Assembly (NCBI GenBank): GCA_031414595.1
Contig: JANNVX010000041.1
Location: forward strand, 108,782 to 172,781
Direction of reading: 5' to 3'
Length of the DNA: 64,000 bases
Origin: Deinococcales bacterium
GTDB taxonomy: Bacteria > Deinococcota > Deinococci > Deinococcales > JAAFIG01
In this document: piece by piece, positions 29,309-39,034 of the stretch
Layout of the letters: every line of letters starts with the position of its first letter
Numbering within the stretch: position 1 is the stretch's first letter
Position numbers and translations under genes: made by a program
Notes under the pieces: model-generated
The model's input: only the letters and a program-made list of their open reading frames with translations
Database searches by the model: none
What the model was told of the DNA's origin: nothing

Positions 29309-29860
29309 TCATCTTTTTAGTAGCTCGAGAAAATTTGGCGGTACAGCATCGGCTAACCAAACACCGTTTTCTGAGCAGTAAAACGAATACCCCATTTTGT
29401 GCATCTCGAGGGCATGAACTTTAAGAAGGATGGCTTTCCCATGCCGATTACCTACTTTAAGCGCGGTTTGCGTATCAATGGATAAATGCACATGATGGCG
29501 TTTCATTTTATCTAAGCCAGTCTCGAGAATTGCGGTTAAAGACTGCTCCGTTGTACCGTGGAACAAAAATTCTGGCGGCTCGAGAGAAATTAAATCAAGC
29601 TCCACAGTCACGCTATGACCTTGACTGGCACGAATGTTTTGTTTGGTTTCATCAAAAGCAAAGCGCTGTTTATCGTTTTTTAATACCACTTCCTCAAGTT
29701 CGGCTCGAGATAGGCTAAATCCTTTACGATTAAAGGCTTCTAGCAGCGCATCCACCGATACCCAACCACTGAGTGATAATTGCAAGCCAAGTCTTTGAGG
29801 GTTATGACGCAGGGCTTTAGACATGGTTTTACTGATTTGTACAAGACGATTATTTTCCAT
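29309..29860 (-). CDS. kptA: RNA 2'-phosphotransferase (Tpt1/KptA)
   Basis: SKALRH, NDKQRF, IRASQGHS, FHGT, HVHLS, NGVWL. Confidence 0.92.
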   Translation of the reverse strand: MENNRLVQISKTMSKALRHNPQRLGLQLSLSGWVSVDALLEAFNRKGFSLSRAELEEVVLKNDKQRFAFDETKQNIRASQGHSVTVELDLISLEPPEFLFHGTTEQSLTAILETGLDKMKRHHVHLSIDTQTALKVGNRHGKAILLKVHALEMHKMGYSFYCSENGVWLADAVPPNFLELLKR

Positions 29861-29960
29861 CTGTTTATTTTGGTGCTTCTCGAGCCAAATAGCCACAGTG
29901 TTCTGGCTTAAGCGCAAAGACCGATACCAAACCTGCATAATTGTACTAGACTCGAGTCTC

Positions 29961-30959
29961 ATGTCCATCGAACTCTTGGTTTTAGGTCAATCTGGCAACG
30001 ACAACGCCGCTTTGGTGCGAATTGATACAGGGCAGGCGATTCACCGTTTACTCTTTGACTGCGGACAAGATGTTCTAAACTCTCTCGAGTACAACGAAAT
30101 TTTGTCAATAGACCATCTGTTCTTCTCGCATTTGCACATGGATCATATTGCGGGTTTCGATGCGCTTTTTCGTGGCTTGTACGCCCGTACCCATAAACCC
30201 AATTCAATTTGGGGTCCAGACCAAACGGCTCGGATTTTACAGCACCGTTTTTGTGGCACACTCTGGAATTTGCATGAGGGCATGAACGCCACATGGTTGG
30301 TGCATGACATTCTTGAGGAGCAGATTCGTACCTACCGATATGAATTAGCCGATGCCTTTGAAAATGCCTATTTAGAACCCAAAAAACCACGTTCCAAATA
30401 TATTCTCGAGCATCCAGATTACAGTGTAGAAGTGATTATTCTTGACCACCGCACCCCAAGTCTTGCCTATGTGGTACGAGAAAAAGACCGAATCAATCTC
30501 GAGCCAGAAAAACTCAAAGCCCTTGGTTTAGAAGCTGGTGCATGGGTACGAGACCTCAAAAATTTGGAACTCCAAAAAGAAACATTGAACATTAACGGTA
30601 AAATCTATCCACTCGAGGCGCTACGTTCTGAGCTTTTAACCACGACCAAAGGCGATGCGGTGGCGTACTGCACCGATTTTATTCTTAACCAAGAAACAGC
30701 CAAAAAACTCATTCCAGCTTTACAAGGTGTGCGGTTACTGCTCTGCGAAAGTCAATATTTACACACCGACCTCGAGATGGCAGAGAAAAACTTTCACATG
30801 ACCAATAAACAAGTGGCAGAACTGGCAGCTTTGGCAGAGGTGCAGGAGCTACGGCTTTTTCATGTTTCTGACAGGTATTCAGCCCTCGAGCGCCAAATTT
30901 TACTCGAGCAAGCCAGAAGCATTTTTGCCAATGCCCATTATCCGAGTCATTGGGTATAA
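29961..30959 (+). CDS. MBL-fold metallohydrolase, RNase Z-like
   Basis: LLFDCG, SHLHMDH, LDH, YCTD, CE..Y, FHMT, FHVS.RY and a flexible-arm-like insert. Confidence 0.75.
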   Translation: MSIELLVLGQSGNDNAALVRIDTGQAIHRLLFDCGQDVLNSLEYNEILSIDHLFFSHLHMDHIAGFDALFRGLYARTHKPNSIWGPDQTARILQHRFCGTLWNLHEGMNATWLVHDILEEQIRTYRYELADAFENAYLEPKKPRSKYILEHPDYSVEVIILDHRTPSLAYVVREKDRINLEPEKLKALGLEAGAWVRDLKNLELQKETLNINGKIYPLEALRSELLTTTKGDAVAYCTDFILNQETAKKLIPALQGVRLLLCESQYLHTDLEMAEKNFHMTNKQVAELAALAEVQELRLFHVSDRYSALERQILLEQARSIFANAHYPSHWV

Positions 30960-31008
30960 ATGTCTGGGTATGAGTGACGCTCATCAAATACTTGAGTAAA
31001 CTAGGGGC

Positions 31009-32070
31009 GTGAGTTTACGAGTTACCCCTGTCACCAATCCCCTCGAGTGGGATGCCTTGGTTCAAACCTTTACTTATCATAGTGCGCTGCAAGGCTGGGG
31101 CTTTGGCGAAGCAAGGCGTGTTACAGCTTGGACACCGCACCGCCTAAAACTCGAGCGGGACGGCGTGGTTTTTGCAGCTGCTCAAGTGCTGCGCCGTTCG
31201 CAATACGGCTTAGGGTATTTGTACTGCCCCCGTGGACCTGCCCTAAACAGTCTGGGGGATTTACAGGATGTGGCAACTGCCTTAAAGTCATGGGCAAAAA
31301 TGACCGATGTCAGCCTCAAAATTGAGCCATGTGTACCAATTTCGTCACTTGGCGACCCAAGCATCATGCCCGAAAAAATCGGAGTTTGGAGTTTAGCCGA
31401 AACAATCCAACCCACCCACACGGTTTTAATCAGTCTCGAGGAAAGCGAAGATGTGCGCCTGTCCGCCATGCACCAAATGGCAAAACGCAACACCAAACAA
31501 AGCCTCAAAGAAGGTGTGACCGCCGAAACCGATGATGACTTCGAGGCATTCTGGGAACTTTTTAGCGAGACCAATACGCGCTCAAAATTGTTGCAACGCT
31601 CAAAAGCCTATTACCAAGCGATGTTCAAGGAGTGCGCCAAGTACGGTGGTGAAGCCAGAATCATCAATGCTCGCTGGAATGGTAAGGCGCTGGCAACCTG
31701 CTTTGTGATTGGGCTGGGCAACGAACTGTGTTACTTGTATGGCGGCAGTATCCGAGCCGAGCGTGAAGAAGGACAACGTGACCCGAAAGCCCCAAATGGC
31801 GCGTATTGGGGCATGATTCGGTTTGGGCTGTCTCGAGCCTACAAGACTTTGGATTTATACGGCATCCCGAAGCGCATAGACGAAAGCACAAGCGATAAAA
31901 TCAGCAATGGAGTCTATGAGTTTAAGATGCGGCTTGGTGGGCAAATGGCGTACTTTCCAGCTTATGAAATTGCACTTAATCCGCTATCATCTGCCGTCAA
32001 TACTGCCCTGCGCTGGCGGCGAAAAGCCATGAATCGTAAAGCTCGAGGGAACGAAAATGATGTCTTATAA
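31009..32070 (+). CDS. FemABX-family lipid II peptidyl(glycyl)transferase
   Basis: LQGW.FGE, YCPRGP, LKIEP, YLYGGS, DLYGI, GVYEFK..LGG. Confidence 0.85.
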   Translation: MSLRVTPVTNPLEWDALVQTFTYHSALQGWGFGEARRVTAWTPHRLKLERDGVVFAAAQVLRRSQYGLGYLYCPRGPALNSLGDLQDVATALKSWAKMTDVSLKIEPCVPISSLGDPSIMPEKIGVWSLAETIQPTHTVLISLEESEDVRLSAMHQMAKRNTKQSLKEGVTAETDDDFEAFWELFSETNTRSKLLQRSKAYYQAMFKECAKYGGEARIINARWNGKALATCFVIGLGNELCYLYGGSIRAEREEGQRDPKAPNGAYWGMIRFGLSRAYKTLDLYGIPKRIDESTSDKISNGVYEFKMRLGGQMAYFPAYEIALNPLSSAVNTALRWRRKAMNRKARGNENDVL

Positions 32071-32143
32071 AATAGTCTAACTCGGTCTTTTAAGCACGGG
32101 TTAAAAGTTTTGACGTGTACTTAGAAGGGTTATTTACTTTCAC

Positions 32144-33460
32144 CTAGCCCTTAAACCGCCCCATCAGTTGTTGCAAGCCACGTCCTTTGCTGCCGCGCAT
32201 CAGTTTCATCATGTCTTTCATTTGGTCATACATTTTGACCAAACGGTTCAGTTCCTGCACCGTGTTACCGCTTCCTACCGCGATGCGTTTTCGGCGTTGC
32301 CCGTCTATCAGTTTGGGATTACGGCGTTCTTTTAAGGTCATGCTTTGAATCATGGCTTCGATGCGCTTAAATTGTTTTTCGTCTACGTTTAAGTCATTAG
32401 GCAGCATTCGGCTCATACCGGGAATCATTTTCACTAAGTCGCCAATCGGACCCATTTTCTGAATACTTTTTAACTGCTCGAGTAGGTCTTCAAAGTCAAA
32501 TTCATTGGGTTTTTTCGGCGCAAAGGACTGAATATCGGCTTGTTGGGCGCGTTCAATCAGGGTCAGGACATCGCCCATACCAAGGATTCGTTGGGCAACC
32601 CGCTCTGGGTAAAATGGCTCGAGTCCGCCGATTTTTTCAGACACACCCGCAAACATAATCGGTTTACCTGTCACGCTTCTTGCCGATAATGCCGCGCCGC
32701 CACGAGCATCACCATCGAGTTTGGTCATGATTAAACCCGAAACACCAATTCGCGCATCGAAAGCCGATGAAACATTCAATGCCTCTTGTCCGGTCATGGC
32801 ATCCACGACTAAAAAGGTTTCCGATGGGCTTAACTGGGTTTTTAAGTCTGCTAGCGCGTCCATTAGCCCTTCGTCTATTTGCAAACGCCCGGCGGTGTCC
32901 ACAATCACCAAATCATGGAAATTGGTTCTTAGGTATTCTTCCAGTCTGGCTTTGGTGCTGCTGGGTGATTCGTTGTCTTGCACCTCGAGAACTGGTACAC
33001 CGACCTGTTGCCCTAAGACCTTGAGTTGGTCTCGAGCCGCAGGGCGTTGCGTGTCGGCTGCCACCAGTAGGGGTCTGCGACCTTTAGATTTATAAAATGA
33101 AGCCAATTTACCGGTAGTGGTAGTCTTACCCGCACCTTGTAAACCGACCATAAACCAGACGTTGCCTTCGGTTTTTAAGAGTGGCTGGCTGGCATCGCCG
33201 CCGAGCATTTCTCTAAGTTCGTCATAGACAATTTTAATCACTTGCTGACCGGGCGTTAGGCTGGTCAGGACTTCTTGCCCAACGGCTTTTTCTTGGACTC
33301 GAGCCACAAAGTCTTTGGCAACCGTAAAATTGACATCGGCTTCGAGCAGTGCCACACGAACTTCACGCAGGGCGGTTTTGACATCCGCATCGGTCAGTTT
33401 GCCGCGTTGACGCAATTTATCAAAAATATCTTGGAGTTTATTTCCTAGGGTTTCAAACAT
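32144..33460 (-). CDS. ffh: Signal recognition particle protein
   Basis: [33 protein letters not shown]-domain RRKRIA.GSG. Confidence 0.97.
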   Translation of the reverse strand: MFETLGNKLQDIFDKLRQRGKLTDADVKTALREVRVALLEADVNFTVAKDFVARVQEKAVGQEVLTSLTPGQQVIKIVYDELREMLGGDASQPLLKTEGNVWFMVGLQGAGKTTTTGKLASFYKSKGRRPLLVAADTQRPAARDQLKVLGQQVGVPVLEVQDNESPSSTKARLEEYLRTNFHDLVIVDTAGRLQIDEGLMDALADLKTQLSPSETFLVVDAMTGQEALNVSSAFDARIGVSGLIMTKLDGDARGGAALSARSVTGKPIMFAGVSEKIGGLEPFYPERVAQRILGMGDVLTLIERAQQADIQSFAPKKPNEFDFEDLLEQLKSIQKMGPIGDLVKMIPGMSRMLPNDLNVDEKQFKRIEAMIQSMTLKERRNPKLIDGQRRKRIAVGSGNTVQELNRLVKMYDQMKDMMKLMRGSKGRGLQQLMGRFKG

Positions 33461-33512
33461 ACGCTATTGTATAGGCAAACGGCGCAAGAAAAAAGCCAAA
33501 ACTGATTAAACC

Positions 33513-33574
33513 GTAGGGGCGAGGCTTCTTGATTCTAAACGCGCACCTGTCGGGCAGAATCGCATGCCTCGCCC
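33513..33574 (+). repeat. GTAG-type REP hairpin interrupted by a 38-nt mini-element (33526-33563)
   Basis: GTAGGGGCGAGGC|TTCTTGATTCTAAACGCGCACCTGTCGGGCAGAATCGC|ATGCCTCGCCC. Confidence 0.88.
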
Positions 33575-33614
33575 GCTAACGCAATCCATTTTGGTTTATT
33601 GCCATAGTCATTTT

Positions 33615-34514
33615 TCAATCTGATTCTGACAATACCTGCAACCAAAGCGGGTATTCGGCTCGAGTTGTGCCGTTTCTAAAACGATCTAGGTGCTTGTTGC
33701 CGTACTCCATAAAGTCAAATTCAAGGCTCGAGATACCACTTTGTAAATACCCCCAAAAGGCTTCTCGAGCATCGGACACAAGGCGCATCAGTTGAACTTG
33801 GGCAAGCAAAATAGGGGTTATTTGCCCGTAATAAAGGCTAATCAGGTTTTGCAGTTCAATTTCGTTTAACTCGAGGTTCGCCGCCAAGTTACCAAGGTCA
33901 AAAGCGCAGTTGCTATTGCCAGCGTATTCCCAATCCACAATCCAAAGCTGGTTGGTGACTAAAATATTGGCGGGTAATAAATCGTTATGGCACGGCACAA
34001 TAACCGCATGAGGCTCGAGAATGGCTTTTATGTGTTGTAACTGCTCGAGAATTTGGGTCGTATCTTTTGGAAATTTGACGTGGTGTTCAAGCGCTAATTG
34101 ATGGTAATTTCGGATGGTTTCAAAGGCGCTAAAAGATTTAGGGAAGGCTGGGGCAGCATGAATTTTTTTCAGGGCGTTCAGGATTGCTTCAAGCTGCATT
34201 TTGGCTCTGGGGATGGTCAGTGTTTCGGCATTCTCGAGATAGCGGGTAAAAAGCGCCCCATGAATTTGCAGGTACGCCACGGGCTGAGCGCCGATGCCAA
34301 CCGAGTAAGCGGTGCTACTGCATTCAAATTCGCATTTGCGGTCTATCCCCAAAAGCTCGGTGCGTTCGCCCGGAACACGCAGCATATATGTGCCAGATGC
34401 GGCTTCTAGTTTGTAATTGCGGTTGGTGATGCCACCGGGGATGGCTTCTAGGCTAAGGATTTTGCCCACCAGCAATTGCACATCCTTGGTTAGTTCTCGG
34501 GTCAATTGGTTCAC
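33615..34514 (-). CDS. Choline/ethanolamine kinase-family phosphotransferase
   Basis: GGITNRNY, LRVPG, PCHNDLLPAN, IVDWEYAG, FDLGN. Confidence 0.85.
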   Translation of the reverse strand: MNQLTRELTKDVQLLVGKILSLEAIPGGITNRNYKLEAASGTYMLRVPGERTELLGIDRKCEFECSSTAYSVGIGAQPVAYLQIHGALFTRYLENAETLTIPRAKMQLEAILNALKKIHAAPAFPKSFSAFETIRNYHQLALEHHVKFPKDTTQILEQLQHIKAILEPHAVIVPCHNDLLPANILVTNQLWIVDWEYAGNSNCAFDLGNLAANLELNEIELQNLISLYYGQITPILLAQVQLMRLVSDAREAFWGYLQSGISSLEFDFMEYGNKHLDRFRNGTTRAEYPLWLQVLSESD

Positions 34515-34547
34515 AGTGTCTGGTAGTTTAGCCTGTTATGCTTATTC

Positions 34548-35915
34548 ATGCTCAAAATTTTAGATACAGCACAATCTTGGGATGTGATTGTTCTTGGTGG
34601 TGGCACGGCTGGGGCAATTGCCGCCATCAAAGCGGCTCGAGCCGGGGCTAAAACACTGGTGGTCGAAGCCCTAGGAAGCCTAGGCGGAACGGGAACAAAT
34701 GCCCAAGTGACCCCCTTAATGCGAAATATCTCGAGTGGCATTAACCTCAATCAAGGTTTAACCAACGAGCTTAAGACGCGGCTTTTTGCCCAAGGTGATG
34801 GTGCGACCGATATGCACAATAATGACAACTGGTTTAACCCCGAAGGCATGAAATATGTTCTCGAGCGAATGCTGGTCGAGTCCGGTGGGGATATTTTGTA
34901 CCACACCCATTTTGTGTCCCCTGAACTCGAGCAAGAGCGGGTGACGAGTGTGGTTGTGCATAACAAAGATGGTTTGGTGCGCTTAAAAGCCAAAGCCTTT
35001 ATAGATGCGACTGGCGATGCCGACTTGAGTGTTCGGGCAGGAGCGCCTTTTCAAGCTGGCGAAGCCGAAACGGGTTTACATCAAGCCATGAGTCTGCGCT
35101 TTATTCTGGGCGGGGTTGACCGCCAAAAACTTTGCGGGTTTTTAGCTAGGCACGGACAAGTTCAAGAATCCGAGCAGTTTATGCACTTTTGGATGGTTTG
35201 GGGCAAAAACGCCAGTCTTGAACCAATTTTCAAAAAAGCCGTCGAACAAGGTGTTCTCGAGGAACGTGACGGCGATTACTTTCAGGGTTTTAGTATCCCC
35301 GGAATGCCCAACTGTATCTCTTTTAATAATCCGCGTTTAGCCGAAGACATCAATGATGGCGCAGATGCTTGGACACTTTCCAGAGCGCAAATAGATGGCA
35401 AGCACGCGATTAACCGCCTTGTTAAATTCTTACGCAACACCTTTGAAGGTTGCGAGAACAGTTTTGTCTCGAGTTACGCTGCTATCCCCGGAGTACGCGA
35501 AACCAGACGAATCGAAGGTGAATACATGCTGACCTTAGACGACATTCTCGAGTGCCGCACCTTTGAAGACGCAATTTGCCGCAACCATTACCCTGTAGAC
35601 ATTCACACCCCACGCGGACAAAAGCTCTACCACGAACGTTCTGGCGACCTACCGTACTTCAAACCTGATGCCTTCCATGAAATCCCCTATCGTAGCCTGA
35701 TACCGCTTGGACTCGAGAATGTGCTTGTCCCCGGACGTTGTGCCAGTGCCACCTTTGAAGCTCAGAGCGCCATCCGAGTTCAACAGAACTGCCACAGCAT
35801 GGGCGAAGCGGCTGGACTGGCGGCAGCATGGATGGCAGAACAGAACTTAACTTCAAGGCAAGTCAACGCCCTCGAGTTACGGGCAGCCCTGAAAGCCGAC
35901 GGAGCGTATTTATGA
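34548..35915 (+). CDS. FAD-dependent oxidoreductase
   Basis: DVIVLGGGTAG, FIDATGDADL, GVRETRRI.G.Y, IPYRSL, GEAAG. Confidence 0.85.
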   Translation: MLKILDTAQSWDVIVLGGGTAGAIAAIKAARAGAKTLVVEALGSLGGTGTNAQVTPLMRNISSGINLNQGLTNELKTRLFAQGDGATDMHNNDNWFNPEGMKYVLERMLVESGGDILYHTHFVSPELEQERVTSVVVHNKDGLVRLKAKAFIDATGDADLSVRAGAPFQAGEAETGLHQAMSLRFILGGVDRQKLCGFLARHGQVQESEQFMHFWMVWGKNASLEPIFKKAVEQGVLEERDGDYFQGFSIPGMPNCISFNNPRLAEDINDGADAWTLSRAQIDGKHAINRLVKFLRNTFEGCENSFVSSYAAIPGVRETRRIEGEYMLTLDDILECRTFEDAICRNHYPVDIHTPRGQKLYHERSGDLPYFKPDAFHEIPYRSLIPLGLENVLVPGRCASATFEAQSAIRVQQNCHSMGEAAGLAAAWMAEQNLTSRQVNALELRAALKADGAYL

Positions 35916-35930
35916 GCAACGAGCAAATCA

Positions 35931-36013
35931 GGGCGAACACAAGGTTCGCCCCTACGGTTGGACACGACTTATTTTGCAATTTAATCGTTAGGGGCAGACC
36001 TCTGTGTCTGCCC
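35931..36013. repeat. Inverted pair of GTAG-type REP hairpins
   Basis: GGGCGAACACAAGGTTCGCCCCTAC (35931-55) and GTTAGGGGCAGACCTCTGTGTCTGCCC (35987-36013). Confidence 0.85.
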
Positions 36014-36051
36014 TGTAAGAAAACTTTTTTTAATATTCTCTTTAGGAATCC

Positions 36052-36807
36052 ATGCCTCTGCTCATTGACCTAAACGCCGATGCTGGTGAATCCTACGGAA
36101 CTTGGACGCTTGGACAGGATGCGGCGCTTTTTGGGTTTCTCTCGAGTGTCAACATCGCTTGTGGGTTTCATGCTGGCGACCCAAAGATGATATTGCAGAC
36201 CCTCGAGTTGGCAGAGCAGCATGGTTTAGCGATTGGCGCACATCCGGGCTTTCCAGATTTAATTGGTTTTGGCAGACGCGAAATGAACCTTGAAGCCAAT
36301 CAGATTTATGCCGATGTGCTGTATCAGATTGCGGCACTCGAGGGCATGACACAGGCTCAGGGTTTAAGGCTGCACCATGTCAAAGCCCACGGCGCACTGT
36401 ACAACCAAGCCGCCCGAAATCTAAGCACCGCCAAAGCCATTGCTAAAGCCGTCCATGATTTTGACTCGAGTTTGCCATTTGTTGGACTGCCCAATTCAAA
36501 ACTCGAGGAAGCTGCCACCGAATACGGCTTGCGATTCATCCCAGAAGCCTTTCCAGAACGCGGCTATGTGGATTCTGGGCAACTTGCACCACGCAGTATC
36601 AATGGCTCAAGTATTCACGACCCAGAACTGGCGGCGGCTCGAGCCGTACAGATGGCAAGGGGTTGGATTGAAACACTTGAAGGGCATATCCTCGAGATTG
36701 CGCCACAAACCTTGTGTATTCACGGCGATAACCCCAATGCTGTCGAGATTGCCAAGGCAGTCCGCCAAGCACTCGAGCAAGCAGGGTTTCAGGTTCGGGC
36801 TTATTGA
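36052..36807 (+). CDS. pxpA: 5-oxoprolinase subunit A (LamB/YcsF)
   Basis: IDLNADAGES, NIACGFHAGD, GAHPG.PD..GFGRR, HVKAHGALYN, LCIHGD. Confidence 0.92.
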   Translation: MPLLIDLNADAGESYGTWTLGQDAALFGFLSSVNIACGFHAGDPKMILQTLELAEQHGLAIGAHPGFPDLIGFGRREMNLEANQIYADVLYQIAALEGMTQAQGLRLHHVKAHGALYNQAARNLSTAKAIAKAVHDFDSSLPFVGLPNSKLEEAATEYGLRFIPEAFPERGYVDSGQLAPRSINGSSIHDPELAAARAVQMARGWIETLEGHILEIAPQTLCIHGDNPNAVEIAKAVRQALEQAGFQVRAY

Positions 36808-38348
36808 TGCGTTTAGGTCTTTACATTCCTTTTGCGGGTAAACCCGATGTGGCTGCCTCATCTCGAGCCTTAAATGCTGTTAAAGCCATGCGTGAACATC
36901 TGCTTGAGGGTATTACTGATATTATTCCAAGTTATTTGAATCTTTATTTTGAATTTGATACTCGAGTGACCACCAAAAAAGCTGTGCAGGATTGGGCATT
37001 GTCTTTTCTAAACCGTAGGGGTGGGGCTGTCTTGACCCTAAACACGCACCTGGCGGGCAGGGTCGCTTGCCTCGCCCAACCTAGCCAGTCCATAGAAATT
37101 CCAGTCCAGTACAACGGTCTTGACCTCGAGTTTATCGCCAAAAAAACAGGGTTGACCATCCCAGACATTATCCAAACCCACTCGAGCCATGTCTACCACG
37201 CTTTTGCCGTTGGTTTTACGCCTGGTTTTCCGTTTCTTGGTGTGTTACCGCCCCCTTTGCATTTGCCGCGTCGAGAAAACCCTCGAGCAAGAGTAGAGGC
37301 ACATTCGGTGGGGATTGCCATGGCGCAAACCGGTGTTTATCCGTTCTCGAGTCCGGGCGGTTGGCATCTGCTCGGTACTTCTGGTGTAGCAATGTTTGAC
37401 CCGCACCGAGAACCGCCATTCTGGGTGCAAGCGGGTGATGCCGTGCGTTTTGTGCCAGTCCAACAAGTACAAATCCCGACCCTCGAGTCAGTATCGTTGT
37501 TGCCACTCGAGCCAAAATTCCCAGTCTTAAAACTCGAGCAGGCGGGTTTGCAGACCTTGTTGCTCGATGCTGGGCGGGTACAGGTCGGTCATCTTGGTTT
37601 GGCGCAGTCGGGGGTACTTGACGCTAGAAGTGCGGCTCGAGCAAATGCCGTTGTGGGCAACGCAGCAGACGCGCCACTGCTCGAGCTAACCCTGCTTGGT
37701 GGGGTATTTACGGCACTGCGTGATGTGGTGCTTGGCTTTGCGGGGTACGGTATGAATCCAATTTTGAATGGTGAAATAATACCCGCCGCCTCGAGTTTTT
37801 TATTGCGCCGTGGACAAACCCTGTCTTTTAAGCCGAGCAGTACGGGGGTGCGTGGTTATTTGAGTGTCGCGGGTGGTTTTGAGGGCGTACCGATGTGGAA
37901 TAGTATCAGTTCAGATGCTCGGGCGAGTTTGGGGCGAGCTTTACAAGCGGGGGATGTGCTTGGGGCAAGGTTGCTTAAATCCGTCCGAGCAGGTTTTTAC
38001 CTATCACAACCGAGTCTCGAGCCTAGGGCTTTTCGACTTCTTCAAGGGGCGCAAGCCAATCCCGAGGCTTTTGTAGCCCTGACCAGTGCCAATTTTACGG
38101 TTGAAGGCGGCGACCGGATGGGTTTGCGTTTATCGGGGGCGTTGCTGGGTGGCGGTGATGTTCCCAGTGAAGCTACCCCGCTTGGTGCGGTACAAATCAC
38201 ATCTGGTGGGCAACCGATTATTTTGCTGCATGACCGTGGGCGGATGGGCGGCTACACCAAGCCAGCCGTGGTGCATCCAGCCGATTTATGGCGCTTAGCG
38301 CAACTGCGAGATGGTCAGGGTTTGCGATTCTCGAGATTTTTGCACTGA
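36807..38348 (+). CDS. Fused 5-oxoprolinase subunits B/C (carboxyltransferase domains)
   Basis: IPVQY, GFTPGFPFLG, YP..SPGGW.LLG (PxpB); LELTL.G, RGYLSVAGG, DRMGLRL, GAVQI...GQPI, GGY (PxpC). Confidence 0.88.
   Translation: MRLGLYIPFAGKPDVAASSRALNAVKAMREHLLEGITDIIPSYLNLYFEFDTRVTTKKAVQDWALSFLNRRGGAVLTLNTHLAGRVACLAQPSQSIEIPVQYNGLDLEFIAKKTGLTIPDIIQTHSSHVYHAFAVGFTPGFPFLGVLPPPLHLPRRENPRARVEAHSVGIAMAQTGVYPFSSPGGWHLLGTSGVAMFDPHREPPFWVQAGDAVRFVPVQQVQIPTLESVSLLPLEPKFPVLKLEQAGLQTLLLDAGRVQVGHLGLAQSGVLDARSAARANAVVGNAADAPLLELTLLGGVFTALRDVVLGFAGYGMNPILNGEIIPAASSFLLRRGQTLSFKPSSTGVRGYLSVAGGFEGVPMWNSISSDARASLGRALQAGDVLGARLLKSVRAGFYLSQPSLEPRAFRLLQGAQANPEAFVALTSANFTVEGGDRMGLRLSGALLGGGDVPSEATPLGAVQITSGGQPIILLHDRGRMGGYTKPAVVHPADLWRLAQLRDGQGLRFSRFLH
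37015..37077 (+). repeat. REP hairpin plus 39-nt mini-element (37028-37066), in frame inside pxpBC
   Basis: GTAGGGGTGGGGC|TGTCTTGACCCTAAACACGCACCTGGCGGGCAGGGTCGC|TTGCCTCGCCC. Confidence 0.85.
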
Positions 38349-38459
38349 GTATAATTTTATTTGCCCATTCGAGCGCCAAAACCTTGTAGAATCTGCCAAT
38401 TCCCAAAAGTATCCACGCTCTGTTTTGTGGATACCCTCATGCCTAATCATAGGAGACAT

Positions 38460-38942
38460 ATGGATCCCAAAGACTTAAAAAGAATTTTAGATGCCCTCAA
38501 AGACGCAGATGTGTCCGAATTTAACCTCGAGACCCCAGAGTACAAAGTTCATGTCAAACGCGGGGCGCAAATTGTTCATGTGGCAGCCCCCGCGCCCATC
38601 GTCATGACTGCCCCAACACCGATGCACGCTCTACCCGTGGTGGCTGCGCCTGTGGTTAGCGCCGCCCCTGCTGTGGCTGAAGTTGCCCCTGAAAAAGCAG
38701 TCATCAACGGTCATCAAGTCAAAGCCCCGATTGTTGGTACGTTCTACCGCTCGAGCAGCCCAGATGCCCCTGTTTTTGTCCAAGTTGGCGATAAAGTCGA
38801 ATCTGGTCAAGTGCTGTGCATCATCGAAGCCATGAAACTGATGAACGAAATCGAATCCGATAAAGCGGGTGTGGTACGAGAAATCCTCGTCACAAATGCC
38901 CAACCTGTTGAATACGGACAAGCGTTGTTTGTTATTGAGTAA
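38460..38942 (+). CDS. accB: Acetyl-CoA carboxylase biotin carboxyl carrier protein
   Basis: APIVGTFYR, IEAMKLMNEI biotinylation motif; AGGAG RBS before ATG 38460. Confidence 0.95.
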   Translation: MDPKDLKRILDALKDADVSEFNLETPEYKVHVKRGAQIVHVAAPAPIVMTAPTPMHALPVVAAPVVSAAPAVAEVAPEKAVINGHQVKAPIVGTFYRSSSPDAPVFVQVGDKVESGQVLCIIEAMKLMNEIESDKAGVVREILVTNAQPVEYGQALFVIE

Positions 38943-38946
38943 AAAA

Positions 38947-39031
38947 GCGACTAGCTGCTAGTCATAAGCTCGAGAAATGCCTTATCAACTCGAGAAGAAG
39001 CTAGAAGCTAAAAGCCAGAAGCTAGGAGCTT
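38947..39031. repeat. Degenerate CTAGAAG-type heptamer repeats between accB and accC
   Basis: GCGACTAGCTGCTAGTC...GAAGCTAGAAGCTAAAAGCCAGAAGCTAGGAGCT; shares its start with the element at 43626-43663. Confidence 0.6.
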
Positions 39032-39034
39032 TCT

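Noticed and set aside
33526-33585. HDV-like/theta ribozyme or guanidine-III riboswitch reading of the mini-element
   Set aside because: There is a superficial P1/P3 resemblance and a nearby GCTAA, but no conserved P1.1, P2' or P4 across copies, and positions are not consistently in 5' UTRs. Only a covariance-model search would fully exclude it.
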